A stretch of DNA of 64,000 nucleotides from Oikopleura dioica (GCA_907165135.1 OU015566.1:12710001-12774000); one strand, 5' to 3'; numbered from the stretch's first letter, positions 26,422 through 38,934 are shown. Notes: generated by a model not told the origin, from the sequence alone. Translations and numbers: made by a program.

Positions 26422-27221
26422 TTCAAAATTCAATGATCACCGTCCGTCAAAACTACCGCAATTATTCCTTCCAGATTTCGTCCAATGCAAACAAAAAAGT
26501 ATTCCTAAGATTCAACTTCACACAAAAAAGTACCATGAAAATCTGCACAAAATCAAACAAAGAAAATCTCTTCCAACTGCTCCTCCTCCCTTTCCTTCTC
26601 TTTCCAGCTCTCTTCTTCCTCGTTTTTAGTTTATTTTTGTTGATGCTTAATAAATAATAAATCAGATTCATTTCATTGCATTATTACAATGAATCCACGG
26701 GAAAAAACGTCACGGCCAAAAGCAAATTATCTTTATTTACTCGAAACACAATGAATAAGCGGTGTAGGAAGATTACTCTTCCTTGATTTCAAGAAATGAT
26801 CCTCCCAATATTAGATTTCAATCGTTTCAAAAGCTCTTCAACTTTTTTTGTATCACGACGTCTAACAATTTGTTTGCTGTAGGAAACGCGCGAGCTGCAT
26901 TCTCTCAGAGACGTCCAGTCAGAGTTGACAGTTAGCATTAAAACGGAACACTTTCTAGTGCCAGAAAATAATAAAGAGAATGTTTCTTTGTAGATGAAAT
27001 CGTCCGAATGTCTACTGATTGGGAGTAATTGTTTGTGACCTTTGGAGGACCTTTTGAAGATGTGGCAAGTCATTCCAGTAAGTTTTTGTTACACTCCTCA
27101 GCGAATATCTACTCCTTGGTGAATATTTCGTGACAAATTTCGTCGATAATAAAACCAAGCAAATTAACGGAAGAAACGATCTAAATTATCAACTTTAAAT
27201 GGAAAAAGAAAGAACGACCTA

Positions 27222-29428
27222 ATGCACCGTCTTTTTCAGTGGTTCTTATTATCGACAGTCCTGGGCGAAACGAATGCTCGACCGAACATTGTGATTCTCA
27301 TGGCCGATGACCTGGGATCAGGAGATGTTGGCTTCAATGGAAATACAACGATCGGTAAGCCAAAAACAACTGCGCTCGGGTCAATTAGCAAATGATAAAA
27401 AAGTAACTGCATAAAACTTAACACGCAATTAGGGACGACGAATATCGACCAGTTGGCAACGGAGGGAGTTATTCTGGATCAGCACATCGCGCCAGCATCT
27501 GTTTGCACGCCCTCACGGTAAGTCTGCATTTTCATTTATTTATCCAGACTACTAGAACAAACTTGCCCTATCATTCGATTTCTAGTCTTATGAAATGACC
27601 ACAAAGTCGAATTATCACGAGACTTTTGACAAATTCAATCAACTCTTTTAGGGCTGCTTTCTTGACGGGCCGTCTGCCCATTAGATATGGTATTGCTGCG
27701 AATGCTACGCGCGTTCGGGTTAATATTTGGAACGCGACCCCAAATGGCCTCCCACGGAGCGAGTTGACCTTTGCCAAAGTTCTTCAGCGAGAGGGCTACA
27801 AGACTGCACTCGTTGGCAAATGGCACTTAGGTACATAAAAAATTGCTTCAGATTAATCATACCTTCAGGAATGAATAACGAAAACAACCACGACCAGCAC
27901 TATCACCCCTACAACCATGGCTTTGATTCTTGGTTTGGAATTCCTTTGACGAACATTCGAAACTGCGCTGATGACGGAGGCTCCGTCCTTGTTCCTGGAG
28001 GCCAATACGTACTTGATGGCCTTAGACTTGCTTCTGCTTTCTTTTTTCTTCTGCTGCTTTCTTTGAACGCTCTTGGGGTAAGATGAACTATCAATTCAGT
28101 TCATAATTATTCTAGTTCCTTCCGTGGTCTCTAACGAGAATCATCATAGTTGGCTCAATCCCGAACCTCGGTGGAATTCTCTTTCAAGTAGGATTTCATT
28201 ACACGATGCGCTTCTCCAGCTGCCAGCTATGGAAAGACAGGACTGTTATCGAAGCTCCTTACAGCCTTGACAATATGACTCAAGTACGACCAATCCTTTC
28301 CTATCAAATCTTTATCGTCTATTCTAGCGCCTAGTAAACGAGGCAGAAATTTTCTTAGACTCAGCTGCTGCTAGCGACGCCCCATTTCTTCTGATGCTTA
28401 ATTTTCTTCATGTGCACACTCCCTTATTTTCTTCACCCGAATTCCGCGGCAAATCGGTGCACGGTCGCTACGGGGACAATGTACTGGAGCTCGACTGGGC
28501 TGTTGGTGCAGTTCGTGAGAAACTAGCAGCGCTTGGACTTGCGGAAAATACGATTGTCTATTTTTCAACTGATCAGGCTGCTCATAATGAGGAGATATCC
28601 GCCTCGCAAGAGAGGCACGGAGGCTACAATATCTACAGAGGTGGTAAAGGAATGGGCGGATTCGAAGGTAAGAAATGATCATTTCTTCCTCGTAATAAAC
28701 TTTCTTCAGGTGGAATTCGAGTTCCCGCAGTGATTTCCTATCCTCGAGAAAACTGGGAAGGAGGCTGGCGTTTAAAACAAGCGACAAGCATGATGGATAT
28801 CTACCCGACAATCCTCTCACAAGCCAAGGTGTCCCCAAGTTTATTCGCTCAAAATGAAGCTGGTGAAGAAAACGCACTTGACGGGAGAGATATTTCCGCT
28901 CTTTTGAACGAAGGAGCGAAGGAAATTCCCACTGTTCCGAGCCCTCACGAATTCATGTTTCACTATTGTGGTGACAATTTGAATGCAATCAGGTGGACCG
29001 AGCCGCAGACTGGTCGAGTTTGGAAGCTTCATTATTTTCAAGTAAGAATTGTCTATGAACAATGCCTCTAACCATCTTCAGCCTTCTTGGGATGAAGGAA
29101 CCGAAGGATGTGCTTCAATTCTTATCTGTGGCTGCTTCGGACCTTTTGTCACTTATTACGACGAGCCACTTCTGTATAGTCTCAACGAAGACGTCATGGA
29201 ACGAACAACTTACGATTCCAGCAACCTTGCCAATTACACGACAGTTGTTTCCGTAAGTTTCTTTTTGCTTATTTTTCTTTTAAGTCGTACATTCAGATAA
29301 TGGAAGAGGGCTTCAACAACTGGAGATCATCATTTACAAAACCGCCTTCTATCTACACAAGCTTCAACGCCATCCCCCGCCCTTGGCTTCAACCCCTTTG
29401 TGATACGTTTCCTTATCTTACCTGCTAA
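27222..29428 (+). CDS. Arylsulfatase of the steryl-sulfatase (STS/ARSD-H) group, multi-exon
   Basis: Signal peptide, RPNIVILMADDLG, catalytic CTPSRAAFLTGR, GYKTALVGKWHLG, membrane hairpin insert, HVHTPL, GRYGDNVLELDW, GKGMGGFEG. Confidence 0.9.
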
Positions 29429-29512
29429 TTTTCGTTTATTTTTTGTGTTATTCTGTGAGTCTAGTTTATTTAAATTTATGTCATTTTCAATTCAATATTC
29501 TGCACTGAGAAC

Positions 29513-32500
29513 ATGCTTGCCCTAAACTTCAAAATCGAGTTCCTTTCTTCAATAAGGGAATCAAATAAAGAGGTATTGATCAAAATAGAGGCTGACTATT
29601 CCCGGACGAGGATGAAATTTTCTATCTTGAGATTTCAGTTGGGAGATGGAGCATTCGCGTATGGATCGTTCCGGCACCCCGGTGTTAGCGCCAATCTAAC
29701 AAAGCAGTATCTAATCGAAAAACAGCCGGTCAAGTTAATCATAATTTTTGCAGATTTTAGCAGCATAAAAATGCGCATTCAAAGAGATAATGACAGTGTT
29801 TCCAGCTACCAACCAGACCTACTTCAGAATATTGAGGTAAATTGTTTGCTATGAGAAATCACCAGCAATATTTTAGAACGTCACGGATCTACACAAAGAA
29901 GAATTTTCAGTCACCATTGGCGTATATTTATTTCAGATTTGCGCTGTTCTGAAGATTTTTCCAATTTTTCTGATTATCTTTATTTTCCGTTTTTTAGTGA
30001 ACAGATTCGGCGGCAATTTTTACTTAGGTGCGCTTTCAATTTAATGTGCCAGATTTGCTTTTAGTTTTCGGGGAAAAGTTTCCATAAGACCCCCCCAAGT
30101 ATTATACCTTTTTAGAATCGTCTTGAGATGCTCTTTTGTTTTGTCGAGCCCGATTTTCGAATTTCGGTACAAACTTCCGGTATCGATATTCGGTACTTAT
30201 TTTTGTCGTCTTATCGGTACCAAACAAATACCAAAAAAATCGCCAGAAAATTTCATGAAGACTGGTACAAAAAGATTAGTAGTCCGGTACTTCCGGCGTG
30301 AATGAGCACCCCTTGATTTTCGTCAAAATAGCCTAAAATCGACCAAAAACCGTGATTTGAGAACGCTGTCGAACGAAAATAAGTACTTGAGTTGGTTTGG
30401 TATTGATACCAGTCTTCATGAAATTTTGTGGCAATTCTTTTGGCACTGGTTTGGTACCGATAAGACGACAAAAATAAGTACCGAATATCAATACCGGAAG
30501 TTTGGTACCGAAATTCGAAAATCGGGCTCGACAAAACAAAAGAGCATCTGAAGACGATTCTAAAAAGGTATAAAACTTGAGGGGCCTAATGGAAACTTTT
30601 CCCAGAAAACTAAAAGCAAATCTGGCACATTAAATTGAAAGCGCACCTTAGCATTACTTGAGTGTATCAATTTTCGTAATAATAAGATTTACCGTGAACT
30701 AAGGATGTGCAGTAATGCGGATGATCGTGGTAAAGTGATCGCTAAGGCTATCCATAAAATTTTAGTCCCAGCAGACATAGATGATACATTAATATGTATT
30801 GGGCAGGGTTCCAATTTTGGCCGAAAAAATTTTGGAGTGGAGTGGAGAGATGAGTGGATAGCCCAAAAAAATTTTTGAGCGGAGTGGAGCGGTGAGTGGA
30901 TGCCCAAAAAAAATGGTTGAGCGAGTGGAGTGGGTGAGCGGAGTGGATTTTGAGTGGATTTTGAGTGGATTTTGAGCGGATTTTTAGGGAAGTTTGAGCG
31001 ATTAAAAAAAATTTCTTTGCATTTCATGCACCCTAGAATACACTCAAAAAAGGGTCGAGAGGCCGGGTTTTTTTTAAACGATTTCATTCTCATATTTTTA
31101 GTCAATTTACAATTATGTTCTCGGAAGCATTGACTAATGAAAGATATATTCTTAGCAACCTTGAAGTTCATGAGGTACTGAGGAACTAACAGGGTCGTTT
31201 CATTCTTAAATCCATTATAATGGGTCGTTGGGGGGGAGGGTTTAGTTATCAAAAAGGTTAAAAGAGAGCAGAGGAACAAAAAAGGTTCGACCCCCACGAG
31301 CAGACAGAAAGCGAAGTCATCTTTGCACGCCGTGAGCAAGCCTTTCCTTTTCTGAAAAAAGGGGTTTTAAGAAAGAGGGGGTGAAGGGAAGAGAAAGAGG
31401 GGGCGTAAAGAAGAGAGGTTGAAAAAGGTCGGGCCCCCACGAGCAGACAGAAACCGAAGTCTTCTTTGCACGCCGTGAGCAAGCCTTGCATTTATCGAGA
31501 TAAAAAGGGTTTTAGAGGGGGTCTGATCATCAAACTTTTATGAAGAAGTTGGTCCTTAATTAAAGGTTGATCCTGATATTATGTCAGTGATTTATTCTCT
31601 TGATTATCCCCTGAGAGAATTTGATTCTTCATTTAAAAATCGACCAAATTCGGTCTCCAATCAGAATACGAGAAAAGGGGCGCTTAAGACAAAAATCCAC
31701 TCCATCCGCTCAAAATCCACTCCATCCACTCAAAATCCACTCCATCCACTCAAAATCCACTCCAAAGTAGATTTTACAGGTTGGAGTGGAGTGGAGCGAA
31801 TGAGTGGATACTAAAAATATAGGCTGAGCGAGTGGAGTGGAGTGGATCCACTCCGCTCACGCTCCACTCCACTCCGCTCAAAATCCACTCCATCGCTCAG
31901 CAAAATTGGAACCCTGGTATTGGGCATGCTATTTTCCAATTTGTAATTTTCCATATTTGCCGACAGCCAATTATAGCAGATAATCGACTCACCGCCGAAC
32001 TTATTCGAGAAAGCACCAACGCTTTTATCATTTACAGTGTATCCCAGTACTTCATCCGAATCCGTTTATTTCCACAAAGGAAAATATCGAGACGTCAATA
32101 TTTCAATGGTTAATAAGCTTGTTCTTCAAGCTGTGTTTGAAATCTCTGTCTTTAACATCTTATTTGTTATTTATTTCTACCTTATCTTTGAAAACACCAC
32201 ATTCTCTCTTTACCCTAAAGATAACCATGATTTGGAGAGCAATTTGATGCGGATGCTGACATTTAACTTACAGATTTCTGTTACGACGAATTCTTATTTT
32301 ATGTGCTTTAGTCCTAAATGTACGAGAAAGGGAATCGAGGCATCATCAAAATTTACACGAGATTCTATAGAGATTCGAGACGGTATTGTCAAAATGTTCA
32401 ATATTGCACTTAGATTTCTTTTTTCCATTATTTTTCTGTTCATCTACAAGCCTGAGTTAGCCTCAATTTACTCTTTAAAATCTGCACTGAAAACGATTTT

Positions 32501-32516
32501 GTTGAGGAGTCTATGA
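29513..32516 (+). CDS. Orphan multi-pass membrane protein, interrupted by two MITEs in one exon
   Basis: With both MITEs removed, one frame runs NVTDLHKEEFSVTIGVYLFQICAVLKIFPIFLIIFIFRFLVNRFGGNFYL|ALLECINF...DDTLICIG|HAIFQFVIFH. Further hydrophobic segments lie at 32037-32516. Family not recognised. Confidence 0.55.
30027..30647. mobile_element. PIF/Harbinger-like (Tourist-type) foldback MITE, 621 bp
   Basis: 3-bp TSD TTA (30024-30026 / 30648-30650), ends GGTGCGCTTTCAATTTAATGTGCCAGATTTGC, about 240-bp imperfect inverted arms. Confidence 0.88.
30804..31916. mobile_element. hAT-like MITE, 1113 bp
   Basis: 15-bp TIR CAGGGTTCCAATTTT, 8-bp TSD GTATTGGG (30796-30803 / 31917-31924), subterminal GGAGT/ACTCC pentamer arrays. 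Confidence 0.92.
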
Positions 32517-32614
32517 AACATGAGAAAGATTTCTACCATTTTTTTTTATTATTATTGAAAATGGTTGAGCAGTAGGTCAATTAGAGTAGGCAAGAATAGA
32601 AAACATAAATAATA

Positions 32615-35160
32615 TCAATAGGAATCCGAAGAATCAGTGGTCAAATCCGACAGTCGGATTTGATCCAATCTTCGCGAAGAAAATGGAACTTGTAAGGATT
32701 GGCTTGTAGAATTGTGATCCGAATATTCGGACTGCGTCGTCGACAGCTTCATGTCATCAACTCTCGCGAGCATAGCGGACAGATGACCTTGTTTTATCAT
32801 GGATAAATTGACGAACATCTTTTTCGGACTTGCTTCGGACTCGGAATCGCTTGATTCTCGAGCGATCATCTAAATTCAAATTGAATTCATGAAGCGTCAA
32901 AAACGTTCTCACCCGTTGATGATGCGGACTGAAGCCTTCTTTTATGCTCCAAGTGTTGTTTCGCTTTCTCAGAACTTTTCGTTTTCTGATTTCAGGCGTC
33001 TGAGATCTTTTTAGATCCGGAATTGTATCAGGAATCGCAGCTGGGCGACGCTCTATTAACCGATTTGCCCGGAGATAATTTTCGATCGAGCTAGAAACAA
33101 GCTTGACTTGGTGAAATCAACGAGGATCTTTACCTGTTAGAATCGCCGGAGATCTTCTTCGGTCCATTCTTCAAAATCATAGAAGAGTATTCTCCTCGTT
33201 GTCCTCGATTCTGATAAACCAACGGAATGTACTCTGAGAAAAGCTCGATCTCGTCTTCTTCTTTTTCCGAATCCATGAAGAAACTAAGTAGCCAGCCGAT
33301 TGTGGAAGTATCCAGCGGCCAGAGTCCCTGAATGCCTCAATAATTCATCGATTGTTCAAAGCGCCGGGGAATATTTAAAACATTAGAAAGACTTGTGGAA
33401 GTCACCACGTTTGTGACAGTATTAATGTAGATTACTGTTCATTACCTGAATGAAAACGCAGAATTCGAGGGAGTAGATGACGTAAACTAAAGCGCTAACG
33501 TCATTTTTGAGGGGACAATCCATCGGATTTTCCGGAAAAAGGACGTTGTTTCGGAAACATTGGTCTTGAACGAAGTCGACCGTTTGTTCCATCGTTGAGT
33601 AGCTGTACAAGGCGTAAATGCAGGCACCAGTGTGAAAGGAAAGGCAAAATAATAGACTAGAGAGGCGGACGAGATAGATTCGGATGTTCCACCGGCCTTG
33701 GACGGACAAATGCTTCGATAGATTCAGCAAGGTTATGAGCTGGAGAATTGAGCTGATAGTATAAGCCACGGCCAAAGCGGACATAATGACATGTGCGGTA
33801 GAGGAGAGGTAGATTCGCCAGGGGCTGGAAAACATGCAGATCTTCAGAATGGGATCAGGATAAAAACCAAGATCGTCAGTTAGAGTGGTGGAGTTATCGT
33901 CTGAGGAAATTTTCGGTGTAGCTGGAGTTAGGTAAGAAAGCGTTGCGGCAAGAAGAAGTGCGAAGGTTCCACCGATTATGTGGTTGTATCGATGTTGAAT
34001 CTATAAATTTTGTTAAGTGTGCCATTCAATAAAATATTTAGCAAAACTTTTTATTGCGAGACACGTATTTTGCGAAGTTTGCCCTAAAAGCATAAGCTTG
34101 TTTAAAATTCGCACAATTACGCTCCAAACGAGTTTTGAAATCGAAATCAAATGACAAACTAAAAGTTCCCTTCAAGAAAAAGAGAATGAAATGCATTGCA
34201 ATAAAATGAGATGCATTAAGAAGATAAACTAATTCAGCGTAGCCGTAATCCTCCGGATTTTAAAAATCCTCAATTCCTTTCCATAACTGTTCTATTTATC
34301 GAATTTCCGAATACTGAGCTCACAGAATTTAATATTCAAATAAATGTTACCTTTTCAAATTCTCGTGGGTGAAGGCTCAGAGTTTCGAGGAACTGTTTCA
34401 ATTCGTTTTTAATATTCGACGTAAAGGCTTAATATAGGTAAAAAAGCTATCGGCATGATTTTATCATACCAAAATATAAGGCTGAGAAAGACAGAAGGCT
34501 GAAGGTGAACAAAAAGGCGGATAGCGGGCAGAGGAAGGAAAGCCTCTCTTCCTGACAGTGAAAGTTGTTTTTCGACATTATGTGCAATAGAACTCCTAAA
34601 AAGGGTCGGTAGATGTAGGATATTGAAGGTTACCGAGTTGGAAGAGGACGAAATTGAGCGCTAGGGAACATTCCTTTAGCTGCTTGCGGAACGAAGTGCT
34701 AGAAGAAGCGACAGAGATGGAGAAGGAAACAGATGCAATGGCCATAAGCCACACTGCGGCGAAGTTTAACGATTTGTGGAAAGCTTAAAAGAGCATAAAT
34801 CAGCGCACAGACGTCCACTTACCGTCAACAGCTGAGCTTGTGTAGGAGAAAGATGTTGTACAGTTCTTCGCGCATTTCGAGCTAAGAATAGAGGGCTCGT
34901 AGATTTTCGAGATTTCGTGAGGGATGAAGCCCGGAAAGTCACATGTTTCTTGTTCTTCGGAACAATAGCAAAGAGCATCTAAAATTCTCAACAACAAATC
35001 ATTTTGTCAACCCTACCGTCAGAAGCTTGTAGATCAATCTGTATGGCTTCTTTCTCCCATTCTAGCAACACATCTCGATTCAAAATCTCTCTACAGTAGT
35101 CTTCTTCCAAATTGTTCGCGCATTCCGGAGCAAAGACACAGAGAAGAGTGCAAATCGTTG
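32615..35160 (-). CDS. Highly diverged Frizzled/Smoothened-class 7TM receptor-like protein, multi-exon
   Basis: LLCVFAPEC (CRD-like), linker CAKNC, about seven hydrophobic segments with class-F-like spacing (YNHII, DPILKICMF, IYLVRLSSLL, DCPLKNDVSALV) and a long Ser-rich tail. The 5' exon structure is unresolved. Confidence 0.5.
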
Positions 35161-35289
35161 AATTCATGAAGGTGCCATTCTCAAAAAGACCATCAAGTTA
35201 GCTTTACTTGAAAAAGAAAGAAAATCAAAAGTTAAAAGTTATCGAGATAGAAAAATAATTTCGCGTTACAGTCAGTTTGGCATGGATTC

Positions 35290-36100
35290 GTTTTTGCTGA
35301 TTTAAAGATCGACTTCTTGCGACTCAAGGTCTTTTCCGTTGATTGTGGAATCGTCGTTGTCCGACTCACCGATAGAAGCTACAGATTAGAGTCAAAGAAC
35401 CCGGCTTTTTACATGATTACCTAGAGAAGGGTCGATGCCGAGCGTTCGCAATCTCTCGTCAATACGCGCCAAGTCAAACTCTTAAAAAGGGTTTCGATTT
35501 TTAGGGTCTTTGGCAGCTGATAATCCCGCAAGGATGAGCTTTAAAAGCGACATCCACCTGATAAGCTTCCCATTGTTACCTTTCTACGCAATAAATCAAC
35601 ATAACTCACATCCTTATACCGTGTTCTGACGCGAAAAAAGGAAGTTTTTGATTTATAAATGCTATTTCAGAACATTTTTTCTCTGAAATTTTACCTGAGA
35701 AAGGAGCGTTGATATCCGGCATAATTTCTTCCATTTCGGGAAGCATTAAACTTCCATTGAGCCTCTCCATATCTTCCGTATCTGGAATAGATGGATCTGG
35801 CCCTGGCAGAAACTGTTTCGTAAATTCGGTCGAATAAGATCGAGCTGGGGGAGTATATTCGCGATTTTCTTGCTTCGCTTTTTCGACTTCTTTTTGCAGC
35901 TCGATTCGCTCTTTTTCAGCTTGAAGTCTTAAGAATTTATATAATTAAAGTAATGTGATTTTGTCTTACTCTTTTGGAATGCTGAATTGAATGTCGTTCA
36001 TATCGTTGAGATATTCGTCCAAAAGGCTGCTATACTTTCCAACACGATACATTTTCTCTTCATTCATTGTGGCGCTTCTCTAAATTGTCGAGGTGAGCAA
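35290..36100 (-). CDS. Small hypothetical coiled-coil protein, multi-exon
   Basis: Frames MNEEKMYRVGKYSSLLDEYLNDM...LQAEKERIELQKEVEK...EFDLARIDERLRTLGIDPSL...SQEVDL* are joined by short introns; no recognisable family. Confidence 0.4.
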
Positions 36101-36352
36101 ACTTGAATGGAAAGAATCGAGGGGATAAGCCAATCAACGCGTCGTGGAACATTCTCAAAACAGACAGAAAGAGAAATAAAGAACTAACACGAAGTCCACT
36201 GAAAATTGAATTTTATGACCTTATTGCTGATTAGCGATCGTAGTCTGAATTGGAGGGTCGTAAAATCGCTCTTTCTTTCTCTCAGACTATTTATAATAAT
36301 GAACTTTTTTTGTTATTTCACTAGCAATAAATAATTGCCTGTTTTACTAGAA

Positions 36353-38934
36353 ATGGAAGTTGATTCGGATTATCTCAACTGTCGAACTTGTCGTGTTCGT
36401 TTCGCCGAAAGCGCGGCTCACAGAGACCATTTCAAATCGGAATGGCATTTGTACAATATCAAAAGAAAGGTGACTTGCAAATTCATGCTCATTCTTAGGG
36501 TAAATCACTAATAATTCGACTTTTTTCTGGGCTTAGTAGGGTGGGCATATAATACAGTTTTAGAAAGCCCAGGAGCTGGGGATCATTTTGACTATTGAAA
36601 CTGGGGGGTGATTTCGTACCCTGAGGGCATTTAGGACCCCCGAAAGTCCCAAAATCTGGGTACTTTCGGGAATGGGATTTTTTGAGGGCGAAACTAGCTC
36701 TCTCTGATGGAGCGGTTTCTACAGATTGTAGCCCAGGTTCTGACGATCATTTTGAGCTGTTCAAAAGTATGTCCCGGGGGGGTCTAGGAGGTAGTGGCGG
36801 TAGTGCAAAATTGGGTTGAAGCCGGAAATCCGGCCTAACTGGACTCTTTTCTGATTTCAATACAATACCACTCAAATAATTACTATTTATGTACAAATAA
36901 TCACTTCAGGTCACCTTGAGGTCAATTTGAGGTCACCGGGAGTCATTCGGGGTCAACTCAAAAAGGCAATTTGGGAAAAAAAATATAGTTTTTGAACTTG
37001 ACCCCGAATGACCTCAAGTGACCCCAACTTGACCACACTTGACTACTTATACATATACAGTAGTAATTTGAGTGATATCGTGTTGAAATCATAAAAGGGT
37101 CCATTTTGGCCGGATTTCCGCCTTCAACCCAACTTTGCACCACCACCACCACCTCTAGACCCCTCCCGGGACATACTTTTGAACGGCTCAAAGTGACCGT
37201 CAGAACCTGAGCTACAATCTGTAGAAACCGCTCCATCAGAGAGAGCTAGTTTCGCCCTCAAAAAATCCCATTCCCGAAAGTACCCAGATTTTGGGACTTT
37301 CGGGGGTCCTAAATGCCCTCAGGGTACGAAATCACCCCCCAGTTTCAATAGTCAAAATGATCCCCAGCTCCTGGGCTTTCTAAAACTGTATTATATGCCC
37401 ACCCTACTAAGCCCAGAAAAAAGTCCAAATTATTAGTGATTTACCCTACTCATTCTCTTATGATTATTTAGGTGATCAAATTAGCTCCGATAAGCGTAGA
37501 AGAATTCGTCGAACGGCAACTTTTATCGCAAGGTGGCTCCTGCGTCAGCTCTGAGCTTGGAGAAACCGACTGGTAAACATCTTTCTATATGAAAACGTCT
37601 ATTTATCATCACTTTTCTATATCTCAACATCTTTATAGGTAGTACCAGATTAAACTTTCGCTCTGCCGCGGCGCCGAAGAGCGCGAGGTGCAAAACCGGA
37701 AAATCTGCGCTCCGATCTGCCACTTTTTCAGCCCCTATTAGGTACTGTGCTTACTGTAGCCGTCGATTTCAGTCGAAACGCGCCTGGCTCAACCACCAAG
37801 AAAGCCAGAAACATAAGCAGAAAGAAAACGATCATGTCAGTCGAGGAATGCAACGAATCAAAGTCCTGAGTAAGCGAAACTACAGTACTTAGATTTGCAA
37901 TTCAAATTCAGCCGAGGAAGCAAGAGCTCGAGGAATGCCAGCGCCATCGCGTGATGAAATGAACGAAATACTCAAGCCTCCTCTTCGACAGAAAAAGACG
38001 ACGGGAAAGGCTTGGGGACACGGAGACGCACCGCGGTACAAATGGCTCAAAGAAATCGGAATGCTGGAAAGTGACGATGACGAAGACGACTGCATCGATG
38101 AAGAAGATGACGAGTGGGAAGACATAGCAGAAGTTGATGCTCAAAGTCTCGCGTCAGAAGTTGGAGAAGCCGAGCAACGAGACATTTCTATTCAAGAGTG
38201 TCTTTTCTGTGGAGTTTTCGGGAAATCGTGGGAGGATAACTTGAGACACATGTCCAAGAAACACGATTTCAGAATTCCTGATTTGGCTTTTGTAAAGGTA
38301 CATCAAGAAAATGATCACTATTCTACGGAAATTTGTAGGAACCGAAGGAGCTGATGCAGTATCTGGCCGACAAAGTGGGCAAAGGAAACATGTGCCTCGT
38401 CTGCAGCTTGGACGGAAAGGCGTTTTTCTCGTTGAAGGCGGTCAGAATGCATATGATCGAAAAAGGCCACTGTCGAATTTCAACGGATGGCGATAACGCA
38501 CTAGAGCTCGTCGATTTCTACGACTTTACCAAGGCAGATGATCAGCCAGAGCTCATCAGAGATGGTCTGTCAGAAGACGAGCAAATTCCAGTTGAAAGTC
38601 AAGGCTACGAACTTGTCTTGCCTAGCGGAGCGATTCTTGGGTAAATCTTTCATTTTCAATTCACCGATGTTGATTTTTGAACTTTAGTCATCGCCAGCTG
38701 AAGAGATATTTTTCTCAACGACACGTCGAAATCAAGCATAAACCGCGCGACAACGCTCCCCCTCAATTCAAAGCAATAGGTTTTGGAGAAAATGAAGCTA
38801 GTCATGAAGCTCTGGTAGCCAAGGATCTCCGTCATGTTTGGAAGATGGTTGCGAAGAATCAAGTCAAATCCGAGCTGCGAAATAATAAAGTGTCCAGAAA
38901 GTTCTTCAAGGATCCTACTGGCTTGATACAGTAA
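36353..38934 (+). CDS. ZNF622: Zinc finger protein 622 / Rei1-like pre-60S factor, multi-exon
   Basis: CRTCRVRFAESAAHRDHFKSEWHLYNIKRK|VIKLAPISVEEF, YCAYCSRRFQSKRAWLNHQESQKH, CLFC...HMSKKHDFRIPD, CLVC...HMIEKGHC, ELVLPSGAILGHRQLKRYFSQ. Confidence 0.92.
36496..37448. mobile_element. hAT-like foldback MITE (953 bp) in intron 1 of ZNF622
   Basis: Ends TAGGGTAAATCACTAATAATT; 8-bp TSD CTCATTCT (36488-36495 / 37449-37456); about 340-bp near-perfect inverted arms. The empty site is a ~41-nt GT-AG intron. Confidence 0.93.

Noticed and set aside
26789-27073. 94-aa minus-strand ORF between CYRI and the arylsulfatase
   Set aside because: No recognisable motif and no consistent exon chain on either strand; left unannotated.
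30689-31339. 216-aa ORF as a possible transposase
   Set aside because: It lies almost entirely within MITE low-complexity sequence and has no DDE, BED or hAT dimerisation motif. No autonomous element is present in the window.
32037-32516. ORF track lists this 159-aa ORF on the minus strand
   Set aside because: The given translation (MYPSTSSESVYF...) matches the plus strand (GTG at 32037, TGA at 32514-32516). I treated it as a plus-strand exon of the orphan membrane gene.
37834-38934. Apparent N-terminally truncated ZNF622
   Set aside because: The missing zinc fingers are encoded upstream (from 36353), on the other side of the foldback MITE, so the gene is complete.
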